A model generated the notes under the pieces. That model did no database searches. It had not been told where the DNA came from and saw only the letters and a program-made list of their open reading frames with translations. Positions 1 through 9,217 of a stretch of DNA of 64,000 bases are shown in pieces. This DNA comes from an uncultured Pelagibacteraceae bacterium (GTDB lineage: Bacteria; Pseudomonadota; Alphaproteobacteria; Pelagibacterales; AG-422-B15): positions 66,492-130,491 of the forward strand of contig CACHCK010000003.1 in assembly GCA_902578305.1 (NCBI GenBank). The letters are read 5' to 3'. The position numbers and the translations under genes are program-made. Every line of letters begins with the position of its first letter. Position 1 is the first letter of the stretch.

Positions 1-2
1 AT

Positions 3-1328
3 CGTATAAAAAGAATACAAACTTTAGTTGAGGAAAATATAGATGCTTTTCATGACGCGTTAAGATCTGATTTTGGCACACGACATGAGCAGTTAAGCCT
101 AATGGCTGACACAATGCCTGTAATTAATAATGCAAAAGACGCCTTAAAAAATATTAAAAGATGGGTTAAGCCTGATAAGCGAAAACCTAACTTCCCATTG
201 GGATTACTTGGTGCAAAAGCTTATGTTCAATTCCAGCCTTATGGAGTAGTTGGTGTTATTTCTCCTTGGAACTTCCCACTAACTCTAAGTATTGCGCCTT
301 TAATAGAAATATTTGCGGCTGGAAATAATGCAATGATGAAACTCTCAGAGTTCGTTCCAGCAACCTCTGAATTAAGTGAAGAACTTATTAATAAATTTTT
401 TAGTGATGAAGAAGTTGTTATAGTAAATGGAGGTCCTCAAACCTCGCAAGATTTTGCAGGATTACCATTTGATCATCTGCTTTTCACAGGATCAACAAAT
501 GTAGCTAAAAAAGTTGCATCTGAGGCAGCATCAAATTTAGTACCGCTTACTCTTGAATTAGGTGGCAAGTCACCAGTAATAGTTGGTCCAAATGCCAAAA
601 TGAAAAAAAGTGTTGATAAGATAATGATGGGAAAGCTCTTAAATGGAGGACAAATTTGCATATCACCTGATTATGTAATGGTTCCTGAAGGGCAAACAGA
701 TGAATTTGTTGATCATGCAAAATCTCATGTTAGTGAAAATTATCCAACGATAAAAAATAATCCAGATTATACATCCATAATTCATTTGAATCACTACGAG
801 AGACTTCGTGAATTAGTAAAAGATGCTGAGTCAAAGGGAGCTACTATTGTAGAAATAAACCCTGCAAACGAAGACCTTTCGCAACAAGAGCACCATAAAA
901 TATTACCTACTTTAGTTTTAAATCCAACGGATGATATGAAGATTATGCAAGAAGAAATATTTGGACCTTTATTGCCAGTAAAAACATACAAAAGCTTTAA
1001 TGAAACAATAGAGTTCATAAATAAGAACCCTAAAGCGCTTGCAATATATTATTTTGGCGATGACAAAAAAGAAATTGATACTGTGTTAAACAATACTTCA
1101 TCTGGTCAAGCGGTTATAAACGATGTCTTATTCCAATTTTCTATGCATGATCTACCTTTTGGAGGGGTTGGTCCTAGTGGAATGGGCTCTTATCATGGTT
1201 ACGATGGCTTTAAGAACTTTAGTCATAAGAGATCAGTTCTGAAGGGTCAAAATATCTTAGATGCGGGTAAGATGATTACAGCTCCATTTACTGAATCTAC
1301 CGAAAAAAATATAAAAAGGTTATCTTAG
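3..1328 (+). CDS. Aldehyde dehydrogenase, coniferyl/fatty-aldehyde (CalB-like) family; 5' end lies outside the window
   Basis: Frame is open from position 3 (RIKRIQTLVEENIDAFHDALRSDFG...), so the track start at 102 is not the true start; motifs FTGST, ELGGKSP, catalytic Cys in GQICISPDY, EEIFGP, PFGGVGPSGMG. Confidence 0.88.
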   Translation, partial: RIKRIQTLVEENIDAFHDALRSDFGTRHEQLSLMADTMPVINNAKDALKNIKRWVKPDKRKPNFPLGLLGAKAYVQFQPYGVVGVISPWNFPLTLSIAPLIEIFAAGNNAMMKLSEFVPATSELSEELINKFFSDEEVVIVNGGPQTSQDFAGLPFDHLLFTGSTNVAKKVASEAASNLVPLTLELGGKSPVIVGPNAKMKKSVDKIMMGKLLNGGQICISPDYVMVPEGQTDEFVDHAKSHVSENYPTIKNNPDYTSIIHLNHYERLRELVKDAESKGATIVEINPANEDLSQQEHHKILPTLVLNPTDDMKIMQEEIFGPLLPVKTYKSFNETIEFINKNPKALAIYYFGDDKKEIDTVLNNTSSGQAVINDVLFQFSMHDLPFGGVGPSGMGSYHGYDGFKNFSHKRSVLKGQNILDAGKMITAPFTESTEKNIKRLS

Positions 1329-3322
1329 AGAATACTCTCAGCTGCTATTTTTTTTGAGTTTTCGACAATAAACTTAAATCTCAACTCAGGTTTTTTGCCC
1401 ATTAAAGAATCTACAGATTTATGAGTTTTCTTTTTGTCTTTTGATGCAATTTGAACTTTTAATAAGGTTCTATTTTCCTGCGACATAGTTGTTTCTTTCA
1501 ATTGAGCAGGCATCATCTCACCTAATCCTTTAAATCTATTAATGGTAACGTCTGAATTTTTAAATTCTTTTTTTATTATTTCATCTTTATGCTTATCATT
1601 TACAGCGTAATACGTTTTAGCTCCTTTAGATATTTTGTATAATGGAGGCACGGATAAGTACAGATGCCCTTCATCAATTAGTTTTGGAAATTCTTTATAG
1701 AAGAATGCCATCAATAAGGTGGATATATGAGCACCGTCAACATCAGCATCTGTCATAATTATAATTTTTTCGTATCTAATATCTTTGCTATTAAATTTAT
1801 CTCCTCGCTTACATCCAATTGCTTGCATTAAATCAGTAATTTCTTGGTTTGCATTTATTTTATCTCTTCCAGCACTGATCACATTTAAAATCTTACCCCT
1901 TAAAGGTAAAATGGCCTGTGTTTGGCGATCTCTTGCTTGTTTTGCCGATCCACCAGCCGAGTCTCCTTCAACAAGAAAAATTTCAGTTCCTTTATTTCCA
2001 TCAATTGAACAATCAGCAAGTTTACCTGGTAAGGTTGTTTTTTTTCTTTTTATATTTTTTTCTATGATTTGATTTGACTTGGATTGCAGTCTTAACTGTG
2101 ATCGATTAAATGCGTATTGAAATAATTCTTCTGCAGACCTAGTTTTTTTTGTAAGCCATTGTTCAAATAGTTGTCGTGCTTTCATTTCAATTTTACGACC
2201 AGGCTCTATACTTGATAACTTTTCTTTTGTCTGACCTTGAAACTCAGGGTTTTCTATAAAAGCAGATAAGATTGATCCAGATGAACCAAAGAGATCTTCT
2301 TGATTAATTTGAGATGATTTTTTTTCGTATTTAATTTTTGAAAAATCTTTAAATGCCTTATAAATTCCTGACTTGAAACCGCTTTCATGAGTACCGCCCA
2401 ATGGGGTTTTAATAGTGTTACAATAAGATTCATTTATAGGTTCCATCACATCAAACCAATTTATAATTCCCTCAATTTTACCACTATCAACATCTATCTC
2501 AGTGTTGAAATAAAATGGATCTTCAAAAATAGGGTCATTGGGCGTACAAAGATTATTTAAATAATCTTTAATTCCATCGGAGTAATGTAGTTTATCTGAT
2601 AATGGAATATTTTTTTTGGCGGTTGCCTTACTGCATGACCAATGAATTTCAACATCTGGTATAAGATAGGCTTTAGCTTTTGCCATATTATATATAATTG
2701 AAGCATCAAATTCTATTTCTTTGCCAAAAATTTCTGGGTCCGGTGAAAATACTATTTTTGTACCCTTTTTAAGAGGACCTTTTGCGGATGCTTTTAATTT
2801 ATTTTTAGGAGAACCTTGACTATAAGTTTGTACAAAATATTTTTTATCTCTTGCAATTTCAAGAGTAAGTTTTTTAGATAGCGCGTTTACAACAGAAATT
2901 CCAACGCCATGCAAACCGCCAGAAGTTTTGTAATTATTTTTTGAAAACTTGCCCCCAGAATGTAGTGTTGTCATAATGACTTCAACTGCAGGTATTTTAA
3001 ATTTTGGATGCTTATCAACAGGAATACCTCGCCCATTATCAGAGATTTCAATCGTGTCCTGGGAAACAAGCTTAATTTCTACCTTATTTGCAAAACCAGC
3101 AACAACTTCATCCATTGAATTATCAAGTACCTCGCTTACCAGGTGATGCATTGCCATTATATCTGTTCCCCCAATATACATTCCGGGTCGCTTTCTAACC
3201 GGTTCTAAACCTTCAAGGACTTCAATATCTTTTGCGGTGTAAGATGTGTTTGAATTTTTTATTGTCTTTTTGGATGAACTCTTCTTTTTAATTGATTTAT
3301 TTTTCTTTGATTTCTTTCTCAT
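1325..3322 (-). CDS. parE: DNA topoisomerase IV subunit B
   Basis: LEPVRKRPGMYIG, EVLDNSMDE, GGLHGVGISVVNALS, LVEGDSAGGSAKQAR, IMTDADVDGAHI, RFKGLGEM; ends KPELRFKFI without the GyrB insertion. ATG at 3322 preferred over the TTG at 3331. Confidence 0.93.
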   Translation of the reverse strand: MRKKSKKNKSIKKKSSSKKTIKNSNTSYTAKDIEVLEGLEPVRKRPGMYIGGTDIMAMHHLVSEVLDNSMDEVVAGFANKVEIKLVSQDTIEISDNGRGIPVDKHPKFKIPAVEVIMTTLHSGGKFSKNNYKTSGGLHGVGISVVNALSKKLTLEIARDKKYFVQTYSQGSPKNKLKASAKGPLKKGTKIVFSPDPEIFGKEIEFDASIIYNMAKAKAYLIPDVEIHWSCSKATAKKNIPLSDKLHYSDGIKDYLNNLCTPNDPIFEDPFYFNTEIDVDSGKIEGIINWFDVMEPINESYCNTIKTPLGGTHESGFKSGIYKAFKDFSKIKYEKKSSQINQEDLFGSSGSILSAFIENPEFQGQTKEKLSSIEPGRKIEMKARQLFEQWLTKKTRSAEELFQYAFNRSQLRLQSKSNQIIEKNIKRKKTTLPGKLADCSIDGNKGTEIFLVEGDSAGGSAKQARDRQTQAILPLRGKILNVISAGRDKINANQEITDLMQAIGCKRGDKFNSKDIRYEKIIIMTDADVDGAHISTLLMAFFYKEFPKLIDEGHLYLSVPPLYKISKGAKTYYAVNDKHKDEIIKKEFKNSDVTINRFKGLGEMMPAQLKETTMSQENRTLLKVQIASKDKKKTHKSVDSLMGKKPELRFKFIVENSKKIAAESIL

Positions 3323-3406
3323 AACAAACAATACAACTAATAATAGATTCTTTACATTGTGTAATATTTATTTACTCTAACAGCATGAATTTATTAGGAA
3401 TTTAGT

Positions 3407-5044
3407 ATGCCGGTTATTGAATCAAAAATAATGATTAATTCAGAGTCCTTCAAAAAAAATCAGGAGGACCATCAAAAGCTTATTGATGAAATTAGAACTT
3501 TAGAACAAAAAATAGCAGATAATTCCGCTAGGTCTAAGGCTAAGTTTGATAAAAGAGGACAGTTGCTGCCTCGTGAAAGATTAAAAAGGCTATTAGATCC
3601 AGGTAGTTTTTGGCTTCCATTATCCACCCTTGCTGGTTACAAGATTGGCGATGATGATGGCGATAAAAACATTGGATGGGGAAACTCTATTAGCGGTATT
3701 GGTTATGTTGCAGGCGTTCGTTGCATGATTGGTGTTTCAGATGCGGGCATTAAAGGGGGAAGTGCATCTGCGATGGGCACTGAAAAGGCGTTAAGAGGTG
3801 CTCAAATAATTTTTGAAAATAAATTACCTTTTATACAGTTAATAGAAAGCGCTGGTGCAAATCTACTGAGACAGACCGATATGTTTATTAAAGGTGGCAG
3901 AAGTTTTGCCAATCTTTCTAAAATGTCAGCAATGGGAATCCCGACAATTGGCGTAGTTCACGGCTCATCAACTGCAGGCGGCGCTTACCAGACAGGCTTA
4001 TCGGATTATATAATTGTAGTTAAAGAAAGATCAAAAATATTTCTAGCAGGCCCTCCTTTATTAAGAGCATCGCTTGGCGAGATTGCTACTGACGAAGAAA
4101 TTGGTGGAGCAGATTTACATTTTGCAGTCTCCGGACTTGCTGAATATATGGCAAACGATGATGCTCATGCAATTGAGATTGCAAGAGATGTCATGAAGAA
4201 TATTGGATGGAATAATGATTTCATTTCTACTCAAAAGTCTGAGTATGATGAGCCCGTTTACTCACCTGATGAGTTAACAGGGGTTGTTCCAGTTGATTAT
4301 AAAACTCCGTATGATTGCCGGGAAGTGATTGCAAGAATTGTTGATGGTTCAGATTTTTTAGAGTTTAAAGAAGGCTGGGGTAAAACCCTCATAACAGGAC
4401 ATGCAACTATTCAAGGTTATAAAGTTGGAATTTTAGGGAACAACGGACCGATATTTTCTGAAAGTGCTAATAAAGCTACTCAATTCATACAAATTTGTTC
4501 TCAATCAAATACGCCGCTAATTTTTCTTCAAAATATAACCGGCTTTATGGTGGGTACTAAAGAGGAAGCAAAAGGAATGATAAGACACGGATCAAAGATG
4601 ATACAGGCGGTTACTAATTGCACCGTTCCTAAAATAACACTTAGGATTGGAGCCTCTTTTGGTGCGGGAGAATATGGAATGGCGGGAAGATCTTATGATC
4701 CTAGATTTTTATTCTCATGGCCTAATGCAAAAATGAGTGTGATGGGTGGGGAACAGGCCGCTAGAACAATGGCTCAAGTTGCTCTTGAGGGCGCTGAACG
4801 AAAAGGTCAAGATCCCAAAAAAATATATGGAGAGAACCTTGAAATGCTTGAAGGTATGAAACAAAAAATAATCGATCAGTACCGTGAGGAAGGTGAAGCA
4901 ATATTTTGCTCAGCGAGATTATGGGATGACGGAATTATTGATCCAAAGGATACAAGAAAGATTTTAGGTGAATGCTTAAATATTATCAGCGACGGCGATA
5001 AGAGAGAGTTAAAACCAAATACTTTTGGCGTTGCAAGAATGTAA
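3407..5044 (+). CDS. atuC: Acyl-CoA carboxylase carboxyltransferase subunit, geranyl-CoA carboxylase (AtuC)-like
   Basis: Carboxyl_trans motifs GQLLPRERL, ESAGANL, STAGGAYQTGLSD (AtuC-type rather than the LiuB GGAYVPAM), SARLWDDGIIDP, ending FGVARM; AGGA SD upstream; adjacent atuD-like gene. Confidence 0.72.
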   Translation: MPVIESKIMINSESFKKNQEDHQKLIDEIRTLEQKIADNSARSKAKFDKRGQLLPRERLKRLLDPGSFWLPLSTLAGYKIGDDDGDKNIGWGNSISGIGYVAGVRCMIGVSDAGIKGGSASAMGTEKALRGAQIIFENKLPFIQLIESAGANLLRQTDMFIKGGRSFANLSKMSAMGIPTIGVVHGSSTAGGAYQTGLSDYIIVVKERSKIFLAGPPLLRASLGEIATDEEIGGADLHFAVSGLAEYMANDDAHAIEIARDVMKNIGWNNDFISTQKSEYDEPVYSPDELTGVVPVDYKTPYDCREVIARIVDGSDFLEFKEGWGKTLITGHATIQGYKVGILGNNGPIFSESANKATQFIQICSQSNTPLIFLQNITGFMVGTKEEAKGMIRHGSKMIQAVTNCTVPKITLRIGASFGAGEYGMAGRSYDPRFLFSWPNAKMSVMGGEQAARTMAQVALEGAERKGQDPKKIYGENLEMLEGMKQKIIDQYREEGEAIFCSARLWDDGIIDPKDTRKILGECLNIISDGDKRELKPNTFGVARM

Positions 5045-6220
5045 TTAATTTTTTCCTGGAAGAATATCAAGATATTTTGAAATAATGCCTAGCATTACTT
5101 CATCTGATCCACCGCCAATTGAACCTAAACGTCCATCTCTATACGCTCTTGAAATAGGTGACTCATCCATATAACCCATTCCACCCCAATATTGTAAGCA
5201 TTCGTCGTTAACTTTTCTAGAAAGTCGTGTGGCCTTTAGCTTTGACATTGAAGCCAATTTTGTACAATCACCACCATTTACATGTATCTCAATTCCTTTC
5301 CATGTAAGTGCTTTTAAAGCTTCAACCTCCGTCATCAGCTCGGAAAGTTTGTAATGAACAATCTGATTGTCAAGAATAGGCTTACCAAATGTCTTTCTTT
5401 GTCTTGTATAATTAATGGTCTCATTAATAGCTAATTCGCAGCCAGTATAGCCAGCAATAGCTGCATAAAGTCTTTCTTCTTGAAACTGCATCATTTGATA
5501 AATAAAGCCTTTACCTTCTTCTCCGACTAAATTTTTCTGCGGCACTCTTACATCATCAAAAAATATTTCAGCAGTATCAGACGAATGCATGCCCATTTTT
5601 TTTAATTTACGATTAATCGTGACACCTTTTGCTCTTTTGCCATTTTCCTTAAGAGGTACACATATAAGAGATTTGTTTAAATGTTTATTCTTATGGTCTG
5701 TTTCAGTGTTAGCAAGCATACACATCCAGTCTGCTTGAGTACCATTTGTAATCCACATCTTTGATCCATTGATTACGTAATCATCGCCATCCTTAACTGC
5801 ATGAGTCTTAATGGCAGCCACATCAGAACCAGCACTTGGTTCAGAAACACCAAGGCAAGAAACAAGATCTCCAGTAATAGACGGTTTTAAAAATTCATTG
5901 CATATCTCTTCACTGCCGAAGCGCGCCAATGCCGGAGTTGACATATCTGTTTGTACACCAATAGCCATTGGAACACCGCCGCATTTAATATGTGCCAATG
6001 CCTCATTAAGAACAGCTCCGTATGAATAGTCTAATCCAGATCCACCGTACTTTTCAGGTTTAGTTACTCCAAGAAATCCTTGATCACCTAATTTTTTGAA
6101 TAGCTCATGAGCTGGAAAAATTTCATTTTCTTCCCACTCGTCAACATAAGGGTTAATTTCATCTTCAACGAATTTAAGAGCTGATCTCTTTAATTCTTCG
6201 TGTTCTGTTGTTAATTCCAT
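5045..6220 (-). CDS. atuD: Acyl-CoA dehydrogenase, citronellyl-CoA dehydrogenase (AtuD)-like
   Basis: CGGVPMAIGVQTDMSTPALARFGS, GVSEPSAGSDVA, INGSKMWITNG, QFQEERL, CLQYWGGMGYM, SIGGGSDEVM; closely matches AtuD as I recall it. Confidence 0.75.
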   Translation of the reverse strand: MELTTEHEELKRSALKFVEDEINPYVDEWEENEIFPAHELFKKLGDQGFLGVTKPEKYGGSGLDYSYGAVLNEALAHIKCGGVPMAIGVQTDMSTPALARFGSEEICNEFLKPSITGDLVSCLGVSEPSAGSDVAAIKTHAVKDGDDYVINGSKMWITNGTQADWMCMLANTETDHKNKHLNKSLICVPLKENGKRAKGVTINRKLKKMGMHSSDTAEIFFDDVRVPQKNLVGEEGKGFIYQMMQFQEERLYAAIAGYTGCELAINETINYTRQRKTFGKPILDNQIVHYKLSELMTEVEALKALTWKGIEIHVNGGDCTKLASMSKLKATRLSRKVNDECLQYWGGMGYMDESPISRAYRDGRLGSIGGGSDEVMLGIISKYLDILPGKN

Positions 6221-6276
6221 TTTAATATATATAGCATTTTATTTGCAAAGGTCACCCTTTAGAATTCAACTATTTG

Positions 6277-7686
6277 TCAAACACTAAAATAGTTTTTGTA
6301 TTCAATAGGATGAGGAGAATGTTCTAGATCATATACATCTTCCATTTTCAGGTCTACATATGCATCAATTTGGTCATCAGTAAAAACTCCACCTTCAGTT
6401 AAAAAAGCTCTATCTTCGTTAACCGCCTCAAGTGCCTCTCTAAGAGAGCCACAAACAGTTGGCAATTTTTTAACTTCTGCCTCAGGTAATTCATAAAGAT
6501 CTTCATCAGCAGCATTTCCTGGATCAATTTTATTTTTTATACCATCCATCCCCGCCATTAGCATTGCTGAAAATGCCAAATAAGGATTTGCTGAGGGATC
6601 TGGAAACCTTACTTCAACTCTTTTTCCTTTCGGATTATCTGAAACAGGTATACGACACGAGGCAGATCTGTTTCTTGCTGAGTATACAAGTATTACTGGG
6701 GCCTCAAACCCTGGTATCAGTCTCTTATAACTGTTTGTGCTAGCATTCGTAAACGCGTTAAGTGCCCTTCCATGTTTTATGATCCCACCAATGTAGTGCA
6801 ATGCCATCTCGGATAAGCCTGCATATTTATCTCCTGCAAATAGAGGTTTGCCATTTTTCCATATGGATTGGTGTGTATGCATTCCAGTTCCATTATCACC
6901 TTTAACTGGTTTAGGCATGAATGTAGCAGTTTTACCAAATGCATTAGCGACCATGTGTACACCATACTTATAAAGCTGCATAGCATCGCCCTGTTTAAGT
7001 AAAGTATCAAACTTCAGTCCCAATTCATGTTGACTTGGAGCAACTTCATGATGATGTTTTTCCATCTTCAGTCCTAAATTTTTTAATTCTTCAAGAAATT
7101 CTGTTCTTATATCTTGTGCGCTATCAACAGGCGGTACAGGAAAATATCCTCCTTTAACACCTGGTCTGTGTGCTAAGTTGCCACTTTCATAAGAGCGTCC
7201 AGAATTATATGGACCTTCAGTACTATCAATTTCAAACATTGATTTGTTCATATCAACTTGAAATTTTACATCATCAAATATAAAAAACTCTGCTTCTGGA
7301 CCCATATATATAGTATCGCCAATTCCACTTGCTTTGACATACTCTTCTGCTTTTCTTGCAGTTCCTCTTGGATCTCTCTCATATGGTTCCTTTGACACTG
7401 CATCGAGAACATCGCAAAATACAATTAATGTTGGTTGGGCTGTAAAAGGATCCATTACCGTTGTGGTTAAGTCCGGTTTGAGAACCATGTCTGACTCATT
7501 TATAGCTTTCCAGCCAGATATAGAGGATCCATCAAAGAAAACTCCGCTGTTTAGGAGATCATCGTCTACTGCTGTACCGTCCATCGTTAAATGTTGAAGT
7601 TTGCCTTTTGGATCAGTAAATCTCATATCAAGATACTTGACTTCACCATTTTTAAATTTTTTTAGTACTTCGTTTGCAGTACCCAT
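6277..7686 (-). CDS. glnA: Glutamine synthetase type I
   Basis: FDGSSI, GPEAEFF, KHHHEVA, FMPKPVKGDNGTGMH, NSYKRLIPGFEAP, RIEV-like RVEVRFPDP, adenylylation-site Tyr in DLYELP; 469 aa. Confidence 0.97.
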   Translation of the reverse strand: MGTANEVLKKFKNGEVKYLDMRFTDPKGKLQHLTMDGTAVDDDLLNSGVFFDGSSISGWKAINESDMVLKPDLTTTVMDPFTAQPTLIVFCDVLDAVSKEPYERDPRGTARKAEEYVKASGIGDTIYMGPEAEFFIFDDVKFQVDMNKSMFEIDSTEGPYNSGRSYESGNLAHRPGVKGGYFPVPPVDSAQDIRTEFLEELKNLGLKMEKHHHEVAPSQHELGLKFDTLLKQGDAMQLYKYGVHMVANAFGKTATFMPKPVKGDNGTGMHTHQSIWKNGKPLFAGDKYAGLSEMALHYIGGIIKHGRALNAFTNASTNSYKRLIPGFEAPVILVYSARNRSASCRIPVSDNPKGKRVEVRFPDPSANPYLAFSAMLMAGMDGIKNKIDPGNAADEDLYELPEAEVKKLPTVCGSLREALEAVNEDRAFLTEGGVFTDDQIDAYVDLKMEDVYDLEHSPHPIEYKNYFSV

Positions 7687-7707
7687 ATGATCCCCTAATT
7701 ATGGAAT

Positions 7708-8688
7708 TTATTTAGTCAAAGTCCCAACTATATGTGATACAATTTTGTATGGATCAGCATTCGATGCTGGCCTTCTATCTTCAAGATACCCATTCCAATT
7801 ATGTTCAACAGTATAAACTGGAATACGTATACTAGCACCTCTATCACTTACACCATATGAAAATTTATCGATACTTTGTGTCTCGTGAAGTCCAGTAAGC
7901 CTCATATTATTGTCAGATCCATAAGCTGCAATACCTTCTTCATGAACCTTTCCAAGTTTGTCGCACATTGATGTAAATAATTCTTCTGATCCAGAAGATC
8001 TCATTTGTTCATTAGAAAAATTAGTGTGCATACCAGAACCGTTCCAATCACCAGTTTTTGGTTTTGGGTGGAAGTTCACTCCAACGCCGTGTTCCTCAGC
8101 AGTTTTCATGAGTAAATATCGGCTTACCCATAAATCATCAGCTGCTTTAATACCTTTTCCAAAGCATTGATATTCCCATTGGCCAAGTGCAACTTCTGCA
8201 TTAGTTCCAGTAAGCGTAATCCCAAGATCTATACAAGCTTTTAGATGTGCATCTGATATGGCTCTACCAACAACATTGCCCGCTCCAACACCACAATAAA
8301 ATTCACCCTGTTCTCTTGGCGTGCCATCTTCCCAGCCAAGTGGTTCACCAGTTTTAGCGTCAGTTAAAAAGAATTCTTGTTCAAAACCAAACCACCATTC
8401 GTCGGAAACAACTTCCGCTGCCGCAGCTCTAAAGTTTGATGGATGAGTTGTATGGTCTGCAGCCTGTACCTGTGTCATTACTATATCGTGTCCATTTGGA
8501 TTAGAATAAGTTTGAACAGGAAGAAGAAGACAGTCTGAGCTTCCTCCCTCTGCTTGTTGAGTAGATGAACCATCAAATGACCAGTCCGGTGCTGATTTTT
8601 CTTCGGTTGCTTTTACTTTACTTCTCATAAAAGGCTCTGGTGTATAACCATCGAGCCATATGTATTCATAAGTTTTCATATCTGACAT
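7708..8688 (-). CDS. glnII: Glutamine synthetase type II
   Basis: EYIWLDG, WSFDGSST, GFEQEF, NAEVALGQWEYQ, GDWNGSGMHTNFS, RLTGLHET, DRGASIRIP, YLEDRRPASNADPY; 326 aa; GGGAGA SD. Confidence 0.92.
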   Translation of the reverse strand: MSDMKTYEYIWLDGYTPEPFMRSKVKATEEKSAPDWSFDGSSTQQAEGGSSDCLLLPVQTYSNPNGHDIVMTQVQAADHTTHPSNFRAAAAEVVSDEWWFGFEQEFFLTDAKTGEPLGWEDGTPREQGEFYCGVGAGNVVGRAISDAHLKACIDLGITLTGTNAEVALGQWEYQCFGKGIKAADDLWVSRYLLMKTAEEHGVGVNFHPKPKTGDWNGSGMHTNFSNEQMRSSGSEELFTSMCDKLGKVHEEGIAAYGSDNNMRLTGLHETQSIDKFSYGVSDRGASIRIPVYTVEHNWNGYLEDRRPASNADPYKIVSHIVGTLTK

Positions 8689-8709
8689 TAATTTCTCCCT
8701 GAATTAAGT

Positions 8710-9045
8710 TTATAATGCGTCCGAACCAGTCTCGCCTGTACGAATTCTCATAACTGTTTCAATGTTAGAAACAAATATTTTACCATCACCAATACGATTT
8801 GTGTTTGCTGAAGCCCTAATCGCTTCGACGGCCGTATCGACAAGATCATCTTGTAAGATTATTTCTAATCTAATTTTCGGAAGAAAATCACCATATTCAA
8901 CACCAGTGTTAACTTCAGTAAAACCTCTTTGTCTACCTAAGCCTTTGGCTTCAGATATAGTGATCCCACGCACCCCAACTTTTTCAAGTGCTTCTTTTAC
9001 ATCATCTATCTTAAATGGCTTTATGACAGCTTCGATTTTTTTCAT
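8710..9045 (-). CDS. glnB: P-II nitrogen regulatory protein with a divergent T-loop
   Basis: MKKIEAVIKPFK, GRQ37-39, Y51, LPK, IGDGKIF, RIRTGE; 111 aa; located upstream of glnA. Confidence 0.93.
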   Translation of the reverse strand: MKKIEAVIKPFKIDDVKEALEKVGVRGITISEAKGLGRQRGFTEVNTGVEYGDFLPKIRLEIILQDDLVDTAVEAIRASANTNRIGDGKIFVSNIETVMRIRTGETGSDAL

Positions 9046-9104
9046 TATGAGTTAACTCTTAAGTTTTATACATTAATTTTCTGAAAGAAGTTAAAATTAA
9101 TGAT

Positions 9105-9164
9105 AGAATGTATATATAATGTTTTTATGCCAAATTGACATATAGATTTAATTATAAGTATAGG
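9105..9164. promoter_or_regulatory. Putative back-to-back sigma70 promoters for glnB (-) and nnr (+)
   Basis: Minus strand TTGGCA(9133-9128)-N17-CATTCT; plus strand TTGACA(9135-9140)-N18-TATAGG. Pattern match only, in AT-rich DNA. Confidence 0.3.
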
Positions 9165-9217
9165 TAAATTTTACATATCTTTATTTAAAACATGCACTTA
9201 TAGGCGATTTCTAATAA

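Noticed and set aside
9118-9133. Sigma54 promoter for glnB
   Set aside because: TGGCA is present on the minus strand but the -12 position reads CATT, not TTGC
9193-9209. NtrC binding site upstream of glnB
   Set aside because: Only one half-site (TGCAC); the other half does not match at the required spacing
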